Source: an uncultured Nitrososphaerota archaeon (GTDB lineage Archaea; Thermoproteota; Nitrososphaeria; Nitrososphaerales; Gagatemarchaeaceae). Taken from it: 64,000 bases of DNA. The notes beneath the pieces are model-generated. The model saw only the letters and a program-made list of their open reading frames with translations. It ran no database searches and was not told the origin of the DNA. Positions 9,692-19,844 of this stretch are shown here, piece by piece (position 1 is the first letter of the stretch; each line of letters opens with the position of its first letter). The position numbers were made by a program, and so were the translations under genes. The stretch spans positions 2,112,001 through 2,176,000 of the forward strand of contig OY969807.1 of the NCBI GenBank assembly GCA_963703285.1. The letters are read 5' to 3'.

Positions 9692-10540
9692 TTGACGTTG
9701 ACGACCCTAGAGAAGTCCCCGCGCGGGACCGACCGTGACGGTTCCTCCACAACCGGGGCGTTCACCCGGATCATCGCAGTCGCAAACCAGAAGGGGGGCG
9801 TCGGTAAGACGGACCTCACCGTCAACCTCTCCTGCCAGCTTGCCTCTCTGGGCAAGAGGGTGCTGCTGATCGACCTGGACCCACAGGCCAACGCGACCGA
9901 CTACCTCGTGAGCCCGGAGACGCACGTCTCGAAGACCACGGCGGACCTCCTGCTGGAGGATGACGTATCTCTCGGCGACGTTCTGATAAGGGACTGCAGG
10001 GAGAACCTCGACGTAGCCCCTGCGGGCGGAGACCTGAGCGCTTGCCAGATCCGCCTCGCCAACGACATCAACATGCAGTTCAAGCTAAAGAAGAAGCTGA
10101 AGGAGCTGCGGGAGGACAAGGAATACGACTTCGTCGTAATGGACACGCCTCCTTCTCTTGGAATCCTCACCGTCAACGCGCTCACGGCCGCAAACCAGGT
10201 CCTGATCCCCGTCCAGACCCAGTATTTTGCCATGGAGGGTGTGGTCCAGCCCCTCGAGACGGTCCGGAAGATCAGGGAGGACATCAACCCCGGGCTCGAG
10301 GTTCTGGGCGCGGTCCTTACGCTCTACGACAGGCGGACGCTCATCGCGAAGGAGGTCGAGGCCAAGGTCCGGGGAGGATTCACCGACGGGACCGTCTTCG
10401 CCACCGTGATACCGGTCAACGTCAGACTTGCGGAGGCTCCGAGCTACCACAAGTCCATATTCGAGTACGACTCCGACTGCAACGGAGCAAGAGCTTACGG
10501 GAAGCTGGCGGAGGAGATCTTGGGTTGCCTCGAGGCCTAG
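9692..10540 (+). CDS. parA: ParA/Soj-family ATPase
   Basis: Deviant Walker A NQKGGVGKT, LIDLDPQANAT, DTPPSLG, NVRLAEAPSY. Confidence 0.92.
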   Translation: MTLTTLEKSPRGTDRDGSSTTGAFTRIIAVANQKGGVGKTDLTVNLSCQLASLGKRVLLIDLDPQANATDYLVSPETHVSKTTADLLLEDDVSLGDVLIRDCRENLDVAPAGGDLSACQIRLANDINMQFKLKKKLKELREDKEYDFVVMDTPPSLGILTVNALTAANQVLIPVQTQYFAMEGVVQPLETVRKIREDINPGLEVLGAVLTLYDRRTLIAKEVEAKVRGGFTDGTVFATVIPVNVRLAEAPSYHKSIFEYDSDCNGARAYGKLAEEILGCLEA

Positions 10541-11034
10541 GAGAAGACCCCCTCTCCCGTCAGAGGAAGAGAAGCGTCCGGACCCACCAGCCGGCCGAAG
10601 GTCCCTCGAGCCTCCCGGGCGGCGCCCAATTCGCTCTCCCCGGCGCAAAGGGGGGGATTTCTCACAACGACGTCTTCTTCAAGAAGAGGTCCGAGGCGGC
10701 CTCCCTAGCGACCAGCCCGGTTGGCATCGGCGGCTCGGCGGAACGCGCCCCGGCGGTGTCCGTTGCCGTCCAGGAGTCGCCCGAGACCCCGGCCGTCCAG
10801 GCCTTTCTCCCCAATCCCGTAGTCGCTCACGCCTCCGAGACGCAGTCCGTCGTGCCGCCCGCCGCCCCCGCCACCACACAGGTCGTCGCCGTTCATGATA
10901 CACCCCCCGTTGCCGCGGCGCCCGAGCTCGCCCCTGTCAAGTCGGAGCCCGCAATTCCGGACGTCCGGCCCGCCCAGGCGAAGGACAAGGAGGGAGGGCT
11001 CCTCAAGGGGCTCTTCCGCCGGTTCCGCAAGTAG
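10525..11034 (+). CDS. ParA-associated Pro/Ala-rich protein with C-terminal amphipathic helix
   Basis: TTG start overlapping the parA end; MPRGLGEDPLSR...EGGLLKGLFRRFRK*. Confidence 0.7.
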   Translation: MPRGLGEDPLSRQRKRSVRTHQPAEGPSSLPGGAQFALPGAKGGISHNDVFFKKRSEAASLATSPVGIGGSAERAPAVSVAVQESPETPAVQAFLPNPVVAHASETQSVVPPAAPATTQVVAVHDTPPVAAAPELAPVKSEPAIPDVRPAQAKDKEGGLLKGLFRRFRK

Positions 11035-11109
11035 TCGGAAGCCGCAGAGGGCAACAGAACACTCTTGCATTACCGGTATAGCGGGCGATCGGGACCCCCA
11101 TCGGGGAAT

Positions 11110-11340
11110 ATGAAGCTGTTCGCGCTGGAGGCGCTCATCTCCGTCGTCTACGTGTTCGACGTCTCCGCGTACCCGTTTGTCCACGTGCCCTTCGTCTTCC
11201 TCACGCTCCTGTACTTCGGGTCGATGGTCGAGCTCTTCGGTCTAGTTCGCATCCTCCGCTTCATGCGCCTGCGCCTGGCCCGGGCCAGCGGGCGCGGGAG
11301 GACGTACCTGCTCAGAGCGGGGATTCCAACGCCGGTCTGA
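11110..11340 (+). CDS. Small membrane protein
   Basis: Two hydrophobic segments with a basic tail. Confidence 0.5.
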   Translation: MKLFALEALISVVYVFDVSAYPFVHVPFVFLTLLYFGSMVELFGLVRILRFMRLRLARASGRGRTYLLRAGIPTPV

Positions 11341-11396
11341 CGGCTGCGGGACGTCCCCAGAAGGATTCTTTAGGCTCGCCGGTGGCGGCGGGGCGT

Positions 11397-11690
11397 ATGA
11401 GGAAGAGCACGATACCCGAGTGGGCCATAGCCAGAGGGAGGCTTCAGAAGGTCGACTCGGGGGACGAGGTCGTCCAGGACATGCAGTTCATCAGCTACCT
11501 CGTCGTATTCGGCTCATCGGTAGACTACGGCGGTCTGACGCCGTCCGAGCGGACGACGACCGACAGGCTGCTCCGCATGGGAGTGCTGGTCGAGGCAGAG
11601 TCGGACGCAGGCAGCAAGAAGGTGAAGCTCGCCGAGGCCTGGCGCAGGGCCATCGAGAACCGGAGGAAGAGCGCGGACCAGCGTCCCTGA
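11397..11690 (+). CDS. Hypothetical protein, possible winged helix
   Basis: DRLLRMGVLVE...KVKL pattern. Confidence 0.5.
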   Translation: MRKSTIPEWAIARGRLQKVDSGDEVVQDMQFISYLVVFGSSVDYGGLTPSERTTTDRLLRMGVLVEAESDAGSKKVKLAEAWRRAIENRRKSADQRP

Positions 11691-11692
11691 AC

Positions 11693-12253
11693 TCAGCCGT
11701 CCCCCCAGACTCTCCTCAGCACCTCGCGGAGGTCCTCGTCCACGATGGTCTCGCTGGCGGTCTCGAGAAACTCGCGGGTCGCCGTCCCCCATCCCGCCCT
11801 CCTGTACTCGACCGCCTGCAGTGCCATCTCCAGCTTGTCGACCTGCCTCACCAGCCGGGCCTCTCGCGACCTCCCCCGGCTGAACTCCCCCCATACCCCG
11901 AGGTACTCGCTGCGCTGCCTCTCTGGCAGGTCGTCCAGAATCTTCCGGATGGCCGCCGACTCGCTCTCACGCTTCCGCCTCCTGGTGACCTCCCCGGGGG
12001 TGCGGTCCCCCACGATGGCCTCCGGCAGATCGTGTATCAGCGCCATCTTCATGACCTTCTCCGTGTCGAGCAACCTGGCATCGGCGTAGACCATGGCGAT
12101 GAGAGCCGTCCGGTATGAGTGGTCCGCGACCGACTCAGGATCCCTCACTCCGAGCTTGAGCACCCAGCCGCGTCGGGGCTCGCTCTTCAGACGCCCTGCC
12201 GTTGCGAAGAAGGCGAGAAGGGACCCGGAGGCGCTCTTTGGGCGTCTTGGCAT
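11693..12253 (-). CDS. HD-domain hydrolase (HDDC2/YfbR-like)
   Basis: LK..PRRGW, ESVADHSY, ALIHDLPE, DKLEM. Confidence 0.9.
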   Translation of the reverse strand: MPRRPKSASGSLLAFFATAGRLKSEPRRGWVLKLGVRDPESVADHSYRTALIAMVYADARLLDTEKVMKMALIHDLPEAIVGDRTPGEVTRRRKRESESAAIRKILDDLPERQRSEYLGVWGEFSRGRSREARLVRQVDKLEMALQAVEYRRAGWGTATREFLETASETIVDEDLREVLRRVWGDG

Positions 12254-12331
12254 GAAGTTTCCCGTCTCCGCTCCGACTAATATCTGCTATCTCCGGATCT
12301 TGGCCGGCTAGCGGGCTGAGAATGCTGGCTT

Positions 12332-12703
12332 TCACGCGTCGGGGGCGAGAGCTTCGCCCAGATAGTCGTCCCTCTCTGGCGTGAAGAAATCGATGAGGAC
12401 CGTTGGGGCCTCGCCGTCCGTCTTTAGCTCGTGGAAGACGCCGGGAGGGATGAAGTAGCCGTCCCCCGGCTTGGCCCTCCACTCGGACTCGCCGACCCTG
12501 AACGTCCCTCCGCCCTCCAGGATCACACCGAACTGTGCGTGGGGATGGTTGTGCCAGGCGAAGACCCTCCCCGGTTCGATCCGGTACCACACCATCATCC
12601 CCGAGGAGGCGTGGTTCACAACCCTCCGCTTCACCCCGGGCATGATTTCGTGCCAGGCTCCCTCCTTTTCGTGCCACACAGAGGCCGTGGAGTAGGAATC
12701 CAT
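12332..12703 (-). CDS. Cupin-domain protein
   Basis: HNHPHAQ..ILEG and GDGYFIPPGVFH. Confidence 0.85.
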   Translation of the reverse strand: MDSYSTASVWHEKEGAWHEIMPGVKRRVVNHASSGMMVWYRIEPGRVFAWHNHPHAQFGVILEGGGTFRVGESEWRAKPGDGYFIPPGVFHELKTDGEAPTVLIDFFTPERDDYLGEALAPDA

Positions 12704-12859
12704 GAGAACTCCTCCCGGATACCCACCATCGGGTATTATCCGTTGCGGCGAACCCTCGGGGACGGATGAGGCTCCTCCCAAAGCGCTTCGCAGGCGACCG
12801 ACCGGCCCCTCCGCCAAACGCTTTTTAGGGGAAACCTTGACGCGGTGCTCAGAAAGCGC

Positions 12860-13480
12860 ATGAAATGCTACGTCCACCAGAACACCGACGCCATAGGCGT
12901 CTGTTCGACGTGCGGGAGGGGCGTCTGCAACGTCTGCGTGGTGAAGATAGGCGGTCGGTTCTACTGTAAGGAAGATGCGGACAGGGCCTTCGGGACGAGG
13001 CTGCGCGCGAGGGGTGCCTCCGGCGAACCAGAGAGGGAGACGGTCGTGATGGCGGGCTCCATCCTAGCCTACCTCCTCGGCACGGTCGCGCTCGTGCTCA
13101 GCTGCTTCGTCCTGTTCGCCGGCATCATGGCCGGGGACTTCGCAGGAGGCTTCTTCTCGAACATCTTCAGGCCCGACTTCGCCTTCCTCGGACCGATACT
13201 CACCTACTCGCAGGCGACGATAATCTACATCGGGATAGGGGTTATGGTCTTCGGGAGCATCGGCATAGCCGCGGGATTCTACCTCTGGAAGCGGTCGATG
13301 GGCGGCGCGCTGATCGCAATCGTCTTCGGGGTGCTGGGGCTCATCGTGGGGTTCGGCCTCGAGTCAATCTCCGCAAGCCCGATACTCGTTGACGCCTGGT
13401 TCGTGGCCAACATCGTGGCGATCGCCCTGGGCCTCATCGGACTCCGCGAGCTGATGCTCCACCCGCTCAGCCCCGAGTGA
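12860..13480 (+). CDS. B-box-type zinc finger membrane protein
   Basis: CYVH..A.GVCSTCGRGVCNVC..YC followed by 4 TM segments. Confidence 0.75.
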   Translation: MKCYVHQNTDAIGVCSTCGRGVCNVCVVKIGGRFYCKEDADRAFGTRLRARGASGEPERETVVMAGSILAYLLGTVALVLSCFVLFAGIMAGDFAGGFFSNIFRPDFAFLGPILTYSQATIIYIGIGVMVFGSIGIAAGFYLWKRSMGGALIAIVFGVLGLIVGFGLESISASPILVDAWFVANIVAIALGLIGLRELMLHPLSPE

Positions 13481-13527
13481 CGCATTAGAGTTCGCAATCT
13501 TAATTAGATGAACCACACATCAAGGGG

Positions 13528-14004
13528 GTGATACCGATGTCACTGAAACTCGGAGACCTGAAAATCAAGAGCTCAGCCTTCGGGCCGTCGGGCCGAATCC
13601 CCAAGCGGAACGCCGGTGACGGCGAGAACCTCTCGCCCCCGCTCGAGTGGAGCGGAGCGCCCAAGGGGACGCGGGAGTTCGCCCTCGTCTGCCACGACCC
13701 CGATGCGCCGCTCGTCCACGGGTTCACGCACTGGGTCCTCTACGGGATACCTTCAGGAACCACGAAGCTCGCGGAGGGCCAGAAGACCGATGCCTTCACG
13801 GCCGGGCTGAACAGCACGGGCAAGCCGGGCTACATGGGCCCCTATCCTCCGAACGGACACGGCACGCACCACTACTTCTTCTGGATCTACGCCCTCGACT
13901 CCAACCTTGACCTTAAGCCCGGACTCAAGCTCGAACAGCTCCTGCAGTCAATCGATGGCCACGTCCTCGAGCAGGCTCGGGTGGTCGGAACCTACGAGCG
14001 CTAG
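13528..14004 (+). CDS. YbhB/YbcL (PEBP/RKIP-like) protein
   Basis: SPPLEW, DPDAP..FTHW, GPYPP.GHG.HHY.F..YALD. Confidence 0.92.
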   Translation: MIPMSLKLGDLKIKSSAFGPSGRIPKRNAGDGENLSPPLEWSGAPKGTREFALVCHDPDAPLVHGFTHWVLYGIPSGTTKLAEGQKTDAFTAGLNSTGKPGYMGPYPPNGHGTHHYFFWIYALDSNLDLKPGLKLEQLLQSIDGHVLEQARVVGTYER

Positions 14005-14028
14005 GCGCGGGGCCCGCGCGGTATTGAA

Positions 14029-14217
14029 TTGAGCAAGCCCAGGCTGAAGAGCAGCCGGCTCGCTCGCTCCGCTACCTTGCTGATGATACTCCTGGGAATC
14101 TTCTCAATCCTGGTCAACACTACCCTTGCGGTCGTGCTGATCGTCCTGGGGGTGGTGATGTACCTCTTCGAGCGGGGCGTCACCCGGAGGATCCAGAAGT
14201 CGGTCGAGGAGGACTGA
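14029..14217 (+). CDS. Small two-TM membrane protein
   Basis: Hydrophobic hairpin. Confidence 0.55.
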   Translation: MSKPRLKSSRLARSATLLMILLGIFSILVNTTLAVVLIVLGVVMYLFERGVTRRIQKSVEED

Positions 14218-14218
14218 C

Positions 14219-14503
14219 CTACTTCCTCGTGGCCATGAGCGTCTTGGCCCTCTGCTGGCACTGGATTGCCCGGTCCGAGTAGCCCTTCCAGACGCTGTAG
14301 TTGTCCTGACCCTTGGCGAGGAGCAGGAGGACATCGGCCGCGTTCAGGTAGAGGACTATCGCCTCCTCCACGCTGCCGGCCTTCTCCTTCGCCGCGGCGT
14401 CGGTGATCAACTGACCTGCGTACCACTCCACCTTCTTCAGCTTGGACATTCCGGCGGCAGGCTGGGCCTGACCCGGTTGCGCCTGCAGCTTGGGTGCTGA
14501 CAT
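14219..14503 (-). CDS. Stand-alone MIT-domain-like protein
   Basis: A..LITDA..KEKAG.VEEAIVLY..A..VL...Y..RA...QQRAKTL three-helix pattern. Confidence 0.65.
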   Translation of the reverse strand: MSAPKLQAQPGQAQPAAGMSKLKKVEWYAGQLITDAAAKEKAGSVEEAIVLYLNAADVLLLLAKGQDNYSVWKGYSDRAIQCQQRAKTLMATRK

Positions 14504-14631
14504 GGTCCACACCCTCGCCTCCCGCCCGCAAAAGAACCCTTGTCATGAATTGTAAACAAAGACACAAATCCGCGGCGCGGCCATCCAGGCGAAACTCCTA
14601 AAGCCGACCCCGCGGGCGGCCTGGCAGGAAG

Positions 14632-15231
14632 TTGACCCAGCCGGCAGGCAAGCCTGAGAGGAGGATAGGCGGGGGCGTCCTGATGATTTTCCTCATCGTC
14701 GGGGCCGTCGCAGGCGTGGCGCTGACGGGTGCGTCGATCTACCTGAACGGCGCCCCCTCGAAGACGGCCTCGATGACCGGGACGCTGTTCGTGAGCAGCT
14801 CGGGGCGGCTCACCTCCGGCCCGTCCGGTGCGGCGTACACCGCCGAGTACAACGTGACGCTCTCGGCCTCCTCGGGGATGGGGACGATGAACCTCACCCT
14901 GGTGAGCAACACCACGGACCTGCTACAGCAGCACGACTTCGCGGTCAGCGACTTCGTCGTCTCCCCGAACAACCTCACGATGGTCTTCGCCGGCAACAGC
15001 GTGAACCTTGGATGGATTAACAACAGCACGGTCCTGACGTCGGCCAACGGGACCTACACAGGGTCCTGGGGTCCGAACGCACCCGCCAGCGAGCTCTGGG
15101 GCTCGATCAGCCCGTCTGACTTCCCCGGTATCCCGTCCGGCTACTACGTCCTCCTGAGCGTCACGGTCCCCTCGCAGCCGGTCGACACCATCCCCTTCGT
15201 CCTGGGCCCCGTCACGACCAGGGAACCCTAG
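14632..15231 (+). CDS. Membrane-anchored Ser/Thr/Asn-rich surface protein
   Basis: N-terminal TM segment and several N-x-S/T sequons. Confidence 0.65.
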   Translation: MTQPAGKPERRIGGGVLMIFLIVGAVAGVALTGASIYLNGAPSKTASMTGTLFVSSSGRLTSGPSGAAYTAEYNVTLSASSGMGTMNLTLVSNTTDLLQQHDFAVSDFVVSPNNLTMVFAGNSVNLGWINNSTVLTSANGTYTGSWGPNAPASELWGSISPSDFPGIPSGYYVLLSVTVPSQPVDTIPFVLGPVTTREP

Positions 15232-15279
15232 GGGTCGGCCCCGCGCTCAGTTAATATCGCCCCCCGCCATAGACCTGTC

Positions 15280-16639
15280 ACGAACAGCGACGAGCCGGGG
15301 CTCGAGGGATACCGCGAGGCCGTCCTGACGGGTAAGACGACCTGCGAGGAGCGGACGTCCGGAGAACTGAAGCGGGTGGAATCCTACAACGGGGAGCTCA
15401 ACGCGTTCATCACGGTCTTCTCCGGCGAACACGGGCTTGCCATCTCCCGCGAGGGAGCTCGACGCGAGGCTCTCCCGAGCCCGCTCGGGGCGCCCGCCGC
15501 CGCTCCTGGGTGTCCCTCTGACGATCAAGGACAACATCTTCCTGGCGGGGTTCCCCGCGACCGACGGGTCGGCGGCGTTCAGGGAGTTCGTCCCCGCCGT
15601 CAACGCCGGGATCATCGACCTCCTCCTCGCAGCCGGGTGCGTCCCCCTGGGCAAGACGAACCTCCACGAGCTGGCGCTGGGCGTGACCGGGACGAGCGCC
15701 AACGGGGGCCCGATCCGCAACCCCGCGGACCCATCGCGGGTCTCGGGGGGCTCGAGTGGCGGGTCGGCGGCATCGGTCGCAAGATCCGAAGGCCCGATCG
15801 TCAGCGTGGGGAGCGACACGGGCGGGTCGGTGAGAATCCCGGCCGCCCTCTGCGGCGTCTGCGGATTCAAGCCGTCCCAGGGACTCCTCCCAACCGACGG
15901 CGTCTTCCCCCTGAGCCCGTCGCTGGACCACCTGGGTCTATTCACGAAGACGATGCCCGACATGTCCGCTGCCTTCCGGGCGCTGGCCGAGACCCGGCCG
16001 CTCCGGAGGGAACGCCTCCGGCTTGGCGTCCCCACCAGGTACTTCACGGACGACATGGACGAGACGGTCTCCAGTGACTTCCACCGCGCCCTGGACTCGC
16101 TGAGGGCGAGCGGCTTCGAGCTCGTCGACGTGCCCGTCGAGGCGAGCTACGCCAGATACTCAAGGGCCCGGGCGACGGTGATGCTGAGGGAGGCGTCGTG
16201 GTTCTTCGAGCAGGTTCTCCTCTCCCCCGAGTCTAGGGAGGCGATGCACAGCGACGTCCTGGCTCTCATGGAGAGGGGGCTGAAGACGGGGATGATAGAG
16301 TACCTCCTCGCCGCAGGCGTCCGGACGGACGCGATCAGGGCGATGTCGGCGCTCCTGAAGGAGCCCGACGCCCTCATCATGCCGACCTGCCTCATCGCGG
16401 CGCCAAAGGTTGAGGAGGTCCTGGGTAAGGAGACGGGACGGCTCCGGTCCCTGCTACTCAGGAACACCGAGCTCTTCAACATGAGCGGCCTGCCGGCCCT
16501 CTCCGTCCCGACCACGCGGAGGAGGTCCTCGACGCCCACAGCGCTGCAGGTCGTCGGCAGGCACGGCGAGGACGGCGCTGTCCTCTCCGTTGGAGAGCGG
16601 ATCTGGGCGACCCTGAATCCCCGCCGGTCGAACCGGTAA
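15280..16639 (+). pseudogene. Amidase-signature protein split by a frameshift near 15450
   Basis: N-terminus (KTTCEE..ELNAFITV) in one frame; PLLGVPLTIKDN, GGSSGGS and GSDTGGSVRIPA in another; start approximate. Confidence 0.75.
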
Positions 16640-16691
16640 AATACAGGTTCCATGCCGGCCAATCCCGAGCGGGGAGGAAGTAGGCGAATCT

Positions 16692-18140
16692 TTGCAATAC
16701 AAGTACGTGGTCCTGACCAACACTACCATCGGCGCCTTCATGTCCCAGCTGGACGCTAACATCGTCCTCATCTCGCTCCCTACGATTCTCAAGCCGCACG
16801 AGCTGGCTGGCACCACGACGTTCGACGGCATCTGGATCATAATGGGCTACACGCTCGTCACGGCCACGACGCTCCTCACCATAGGCAGGCTCGGTGACGT
16901 CTTCGGGAGGGTCAAGCTGTACAACCTCGGCTTCCTGGTGTTCACGGTCGGTTCGGGCCTCTGCAGCGTCGCGCCCGACGGCACGTTCCTGGTCTTCATG
17001 CGCCTCGTCCAGGGGCTCGGCGCGGCCCTGATCTGGTCCAACAACGCCGCGATCCTCACCGACGTCTTCCCCGCGACGGAGAGGGGGAGGGCGCTCGGGA
17101 TCAACCAGGTCGCCGGGGTCTCCGGCTCGATCCTCGGGCTCGTGATCGGCGGTGTGCTGACGACGTACCTCGGATGGCGCTCGATTTTCTGGATCAACCT
17201 CGCCCCCGGGGCGTTCGCGACGGTCTGGGCCTACCTCAAGCTAAAGGACATCAACCCACACCCCAGGGGCGAGAAGCTCGATCCCCTGGGGAACGTCCTC
17301 TTCGGCGCCGGCCTCACGGCCTTCTTGGTGGGTCTCACCCTCGGGGCCCTGCAGGGATACGACGCAACCGACTACGCGCTCATGGTAGCGGGGGGCATCA
17401 TGCTCGGGGTCTTCGCGCTCGTAGAGGTACGCGCCCGGAACCCCATGATGGACGTCCGCCTCTTCAGGATCCGCGCCTTCGCCGCGGGGGCTCTCGCCAA
17501 CCTCCTGACTTCGATATCTCGCAGTTCGCTCTCCTTGATACTGATCTTCTACTTCCAGGGGGCCCTGCTCTACGACCCGCTCAAGGCGGGGCTGCTGCTA
17601 CTCCCCTTCTCCGTGGCCTTCGTGATAGTCGGTCCGATTAGCGGGGCTCTCTCCGACAGGATAGGGCCGCGGGTCTTGGCGCCGACCGGCCTGGTCCTCT
17701 CCGCCGCGGCGCTCTACTGGTTCTCCACGATGCCCTACGGCGTCTCCTACCTCACCCTCTCGCTCGCGATGGTGTTGGCGGGGGTGGGTGGAGGCATGTT
17801 CTTCGCCCCCAACGTCGCAGCGATAATGAACTCCGTCCCACCGGCGAGGCGGGGCGTCGCGTCCGGCGTCTCGTCGACCCTCTTCAGCGCGGGTTCCCTG
17901 GTCAGCCTGGGGCTCATATTCGTCATCTTCAGCCACAGCGTCCCCCTCGGCGCGCTCGAGTCTATCTTCGCCGGCCTGTCCCCTCCGTCCGGGACCATTA
18001 GCATACAGCTCTTCGTGGGGGCGATGCACCAGGCGTTCCTCATCTTCGGGGTGATCAGCCTGCTGGCTGCCATCCCTGCGACGCAGACGCGCAAAGCCCC
18101 AAAGGAAACGATTATCTATCGCGCGGGAGAATCAGCCTAG
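16692..18140 (+). CDS. MFS transporter, DHA2/EmrB-like
   Basis: GRLGDVFGRVK; paralog of 766-2253. Confidence 0.9.
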   Translation: MQYKYVVLTNTTIGAFMSQLDANIVLISLPTILKPHELAGTTTFDGIWIIMGYTLVTATTLLTIGRLGDVFGRVKLYNLGFLVFTVGSGLCSVAPDGTFLVFMRLVQGLGAALIWSNNAAILTDVFPATERGRALGINQVAGVSGSILGLVIGGVLTTYLGWRSIFWINLAPGAFATVWAYLKLKDINPHPRGEKLDPLGNVLFGAGLTAFLVGLTLGALQGYDATDYALMVAGGIMLGVFALVEVRARNPMMDVRLFRIRAFAAGALANLLTSISRSSLSLILIFYFQGALLYDPLKAGLLLLPFSVAFVIVGPISGALSDRIGPRVLAPTGLVLSAAALYWFSTMPYGVSYLTLSLAMVLAGVGGGMFFAPNVAAIMNSVPPARRGVASGVSSTLFSAGSLVSLGLIFVIFSHSVPLGALESIFAGLSPPSGTISIQLFVGAMHQAFLIFGVISLLAAIPATQTRKAPKETIIYRAGESA

Positions 18141-18142
18141 GG

Positions 18143-18571
18143 ATGGTCCTATACGCCAAGGACATCGCCGAACCCGTGATCTTCTATCTCCCCAGAGAGA
18201 CCAACGCGTTCGAGGCGGCCGTGATGATGAAGGAGAAGCGCCAGGGTTTCGTGATAGTCTCCAACGGTCTCCGCCCCGAAGGCATCGTGACCGAGTGGGA
18301 CTACCTCTCGAAGATAACGGCCGCAGGGAAGGACCCCGCGACGGTCACCCTCGGGGACATAATGACGGCAAGCGTCATAACCGTCAAGGGCGGCGACGGG
18401 GTGGAGTCCGTCGCCAGGACGATGACGGAGCAGGGCGTGAGGAGGGTGCTCGTGGTAGAGGGCGACAAGATTGTCGGCGTGATAACCTCGCGGACCATCC
18501 TCGCGAGGCTCGAGGAGTACGTCGACAAGGTCTCCACCACCATAGCGCGGCTCCAGGCGCCCCCCTCGTGA
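18143..18571 (+). CDS. CBS-domain protein
   Basis: GIVTEWD and VGVITSR CBS pair. Confidence 0.85.
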   Translation: MVLYAKDIAEPVIFYLPRETNAFEAAVMMKEKRQGFVIVSNGLRPEGIVTEWDYLSKITAAGKDPATVTLGDIMTASVITVKGGDGVESVARTMTEQGVRRVLVVEGDKIVGVITSRTILARLEEYVDKVSTTIARLQAPPS

Positions 18572-18613
18572 GCCAGAAAACTATAAACCGCCAACCCCGC
18601 GGGTTCCCGCGGG

Positions 18614-18835
18614 TTGTCCCAGAAGGCGAGCGGGAGCGCCCCTCCCCACAAGCATTGTCCGGTCTGCGGAATCTCGATAGCGCCCTCGAAGGACTACTGC
18701 TCCACAGAGTGCCAGGAGCTGGACGAGAACAACCAGAAGAAGGTGAGGAACTTTCGGAGGGTGACCCTGGTCCTCATGGTGGCCGCGATGGTTGTACTGA
18801 TAGCCGTCTCGCTCTTTGTCCGGGCCCACGGCTGA
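18614..18835 (+). CDS. DUF2116-like Zn-ribbon membrane protein
   Basis: PHKHCPVCG..I...YCSTEC plus a TM segment. Confidence 0.8.
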   Translation: MSQKASGSAPPHKHCPVCGISIAPSKDYCSTECQELDENNQKKVRNFRRVTLVLMVAAMVVLIAVSLFVRAHG

Positions 18836-18842
18836 GGCGTCT

Positions 18843-19844
18843 CTAGGGCTCCCGCGAGCCAAGCAGCTTCCACAGCTCGTCCGTAGGAGGTTCGCCCACG
18901 CGTTCCCTTCTCCCGTCGCTTCGCACGAGCACCCTCCGGCCCCTGCGCAGCCTGCCGATGGCCGAGACCCTCGAACCCGCGGCCCTGACGGCTCTCGTGA
19001 CCTCCTCCTCCCCGCCAGGCTCTACGGCGAGCAAGAGCGTCCCTGAGCTTATGAGCTTCAGCGGGTCCAGACCGAGCCTCGAGCAGACGTAGGCCGTCTC
19101 CCGCGCCACGGGGACCTCGCTCTCCCTCAGCTCGAACCCCAGCTTGGAGGCGAAGGACATCTCATAGACCGCCCCCAGAACCCCGCCCTCCGTGCAGTCG
19201 TGCATGGCGTGGACCCTCCCCGTCTCGAAGGCCGCCTCCGCCTCCCCGACCACGCTCAGCTTCCGGTAGAAGCCCCTCGCCCGCCTTATCATGAGGGGGT
19301 CCGATTCCCCCCCGAACCTCGACGCCTCGGACGCGCAGATGGCCGTCCCCTCGACTCCCGCGCTCTTGGTCATCATGATGGTATCGCCGTCCCTCGCGTC
19401 GGCCGCCGTGACGTAGGTCTTCGCGAACGAGAACGCGGTCGTCACCACGATGGGCCTCCTGAGCCCCGGGGTGAGCTCGGTGTGTCCGCCCACGACAGTG
19501 ATACCAAGGTTCGCCGCCGTCGCCTGCATCTCCTTGGAGATCCGCGCGATCGTCCCGATGGTGGCGTCTTCCGGGAGGAGAATCACGGACTGGAGGAACC
19601 TCGGCCTGTTCCCGCTGGTGGCGACGTCGTTGGCGCTGACGTTCACCGCGTACCAACCGATTCTCTCCTCGACCCCGGTGACGGGGTCCGACGAGACCAC
19701 GAGGCAGCCTTCGCCATCCCTTACCACTCCGAAATCGACGCCTATGGAAGGGGGCACGATAAGATCGGGGGACGGGGCGCCCGTCATCCCGAGAAGGTAC
19801 CTCCGAAGTATCTCGGGCGGAAGCTTCCCCAGAGACAGCTCCAT
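18843..19844 (-). CDS. AIR synthase/HypE-related protein
   Basis: GKLP, SSDP.TG, NDVA.SG, VGGHTE, MHDCTEGG, ISSG.LL. Confidence 0.88.
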   Translation of the reverse strand: MELSLGKLPPEILRRYLLGMTGAPSPDLIVPPSIGVDFGVVRDGEGCLVVSSDPVTGVEERIGWYAVNVSANDVATSGNRPRFLQSVILLPEDATIGTIARISKEMQATAANLGITVVGGHTELTPGLRRPIVVTTAFSFAKTYVTAADARDGDTIMMTKSAGVEGTAICASEASRFGGESDPLMIRRARGFYRKLSVVGEAEAAFETGRVHAMHDCTEGGVLGAVYEMSFASKLGFELRESEVPVARETAYVCSRLGLDPLKLISSGTLLLAVEPGGEEEVTRAVRAAGSRVSAIGRLRRGRRVLVRSDGRRERVGEPPTDELWKLLGSREP

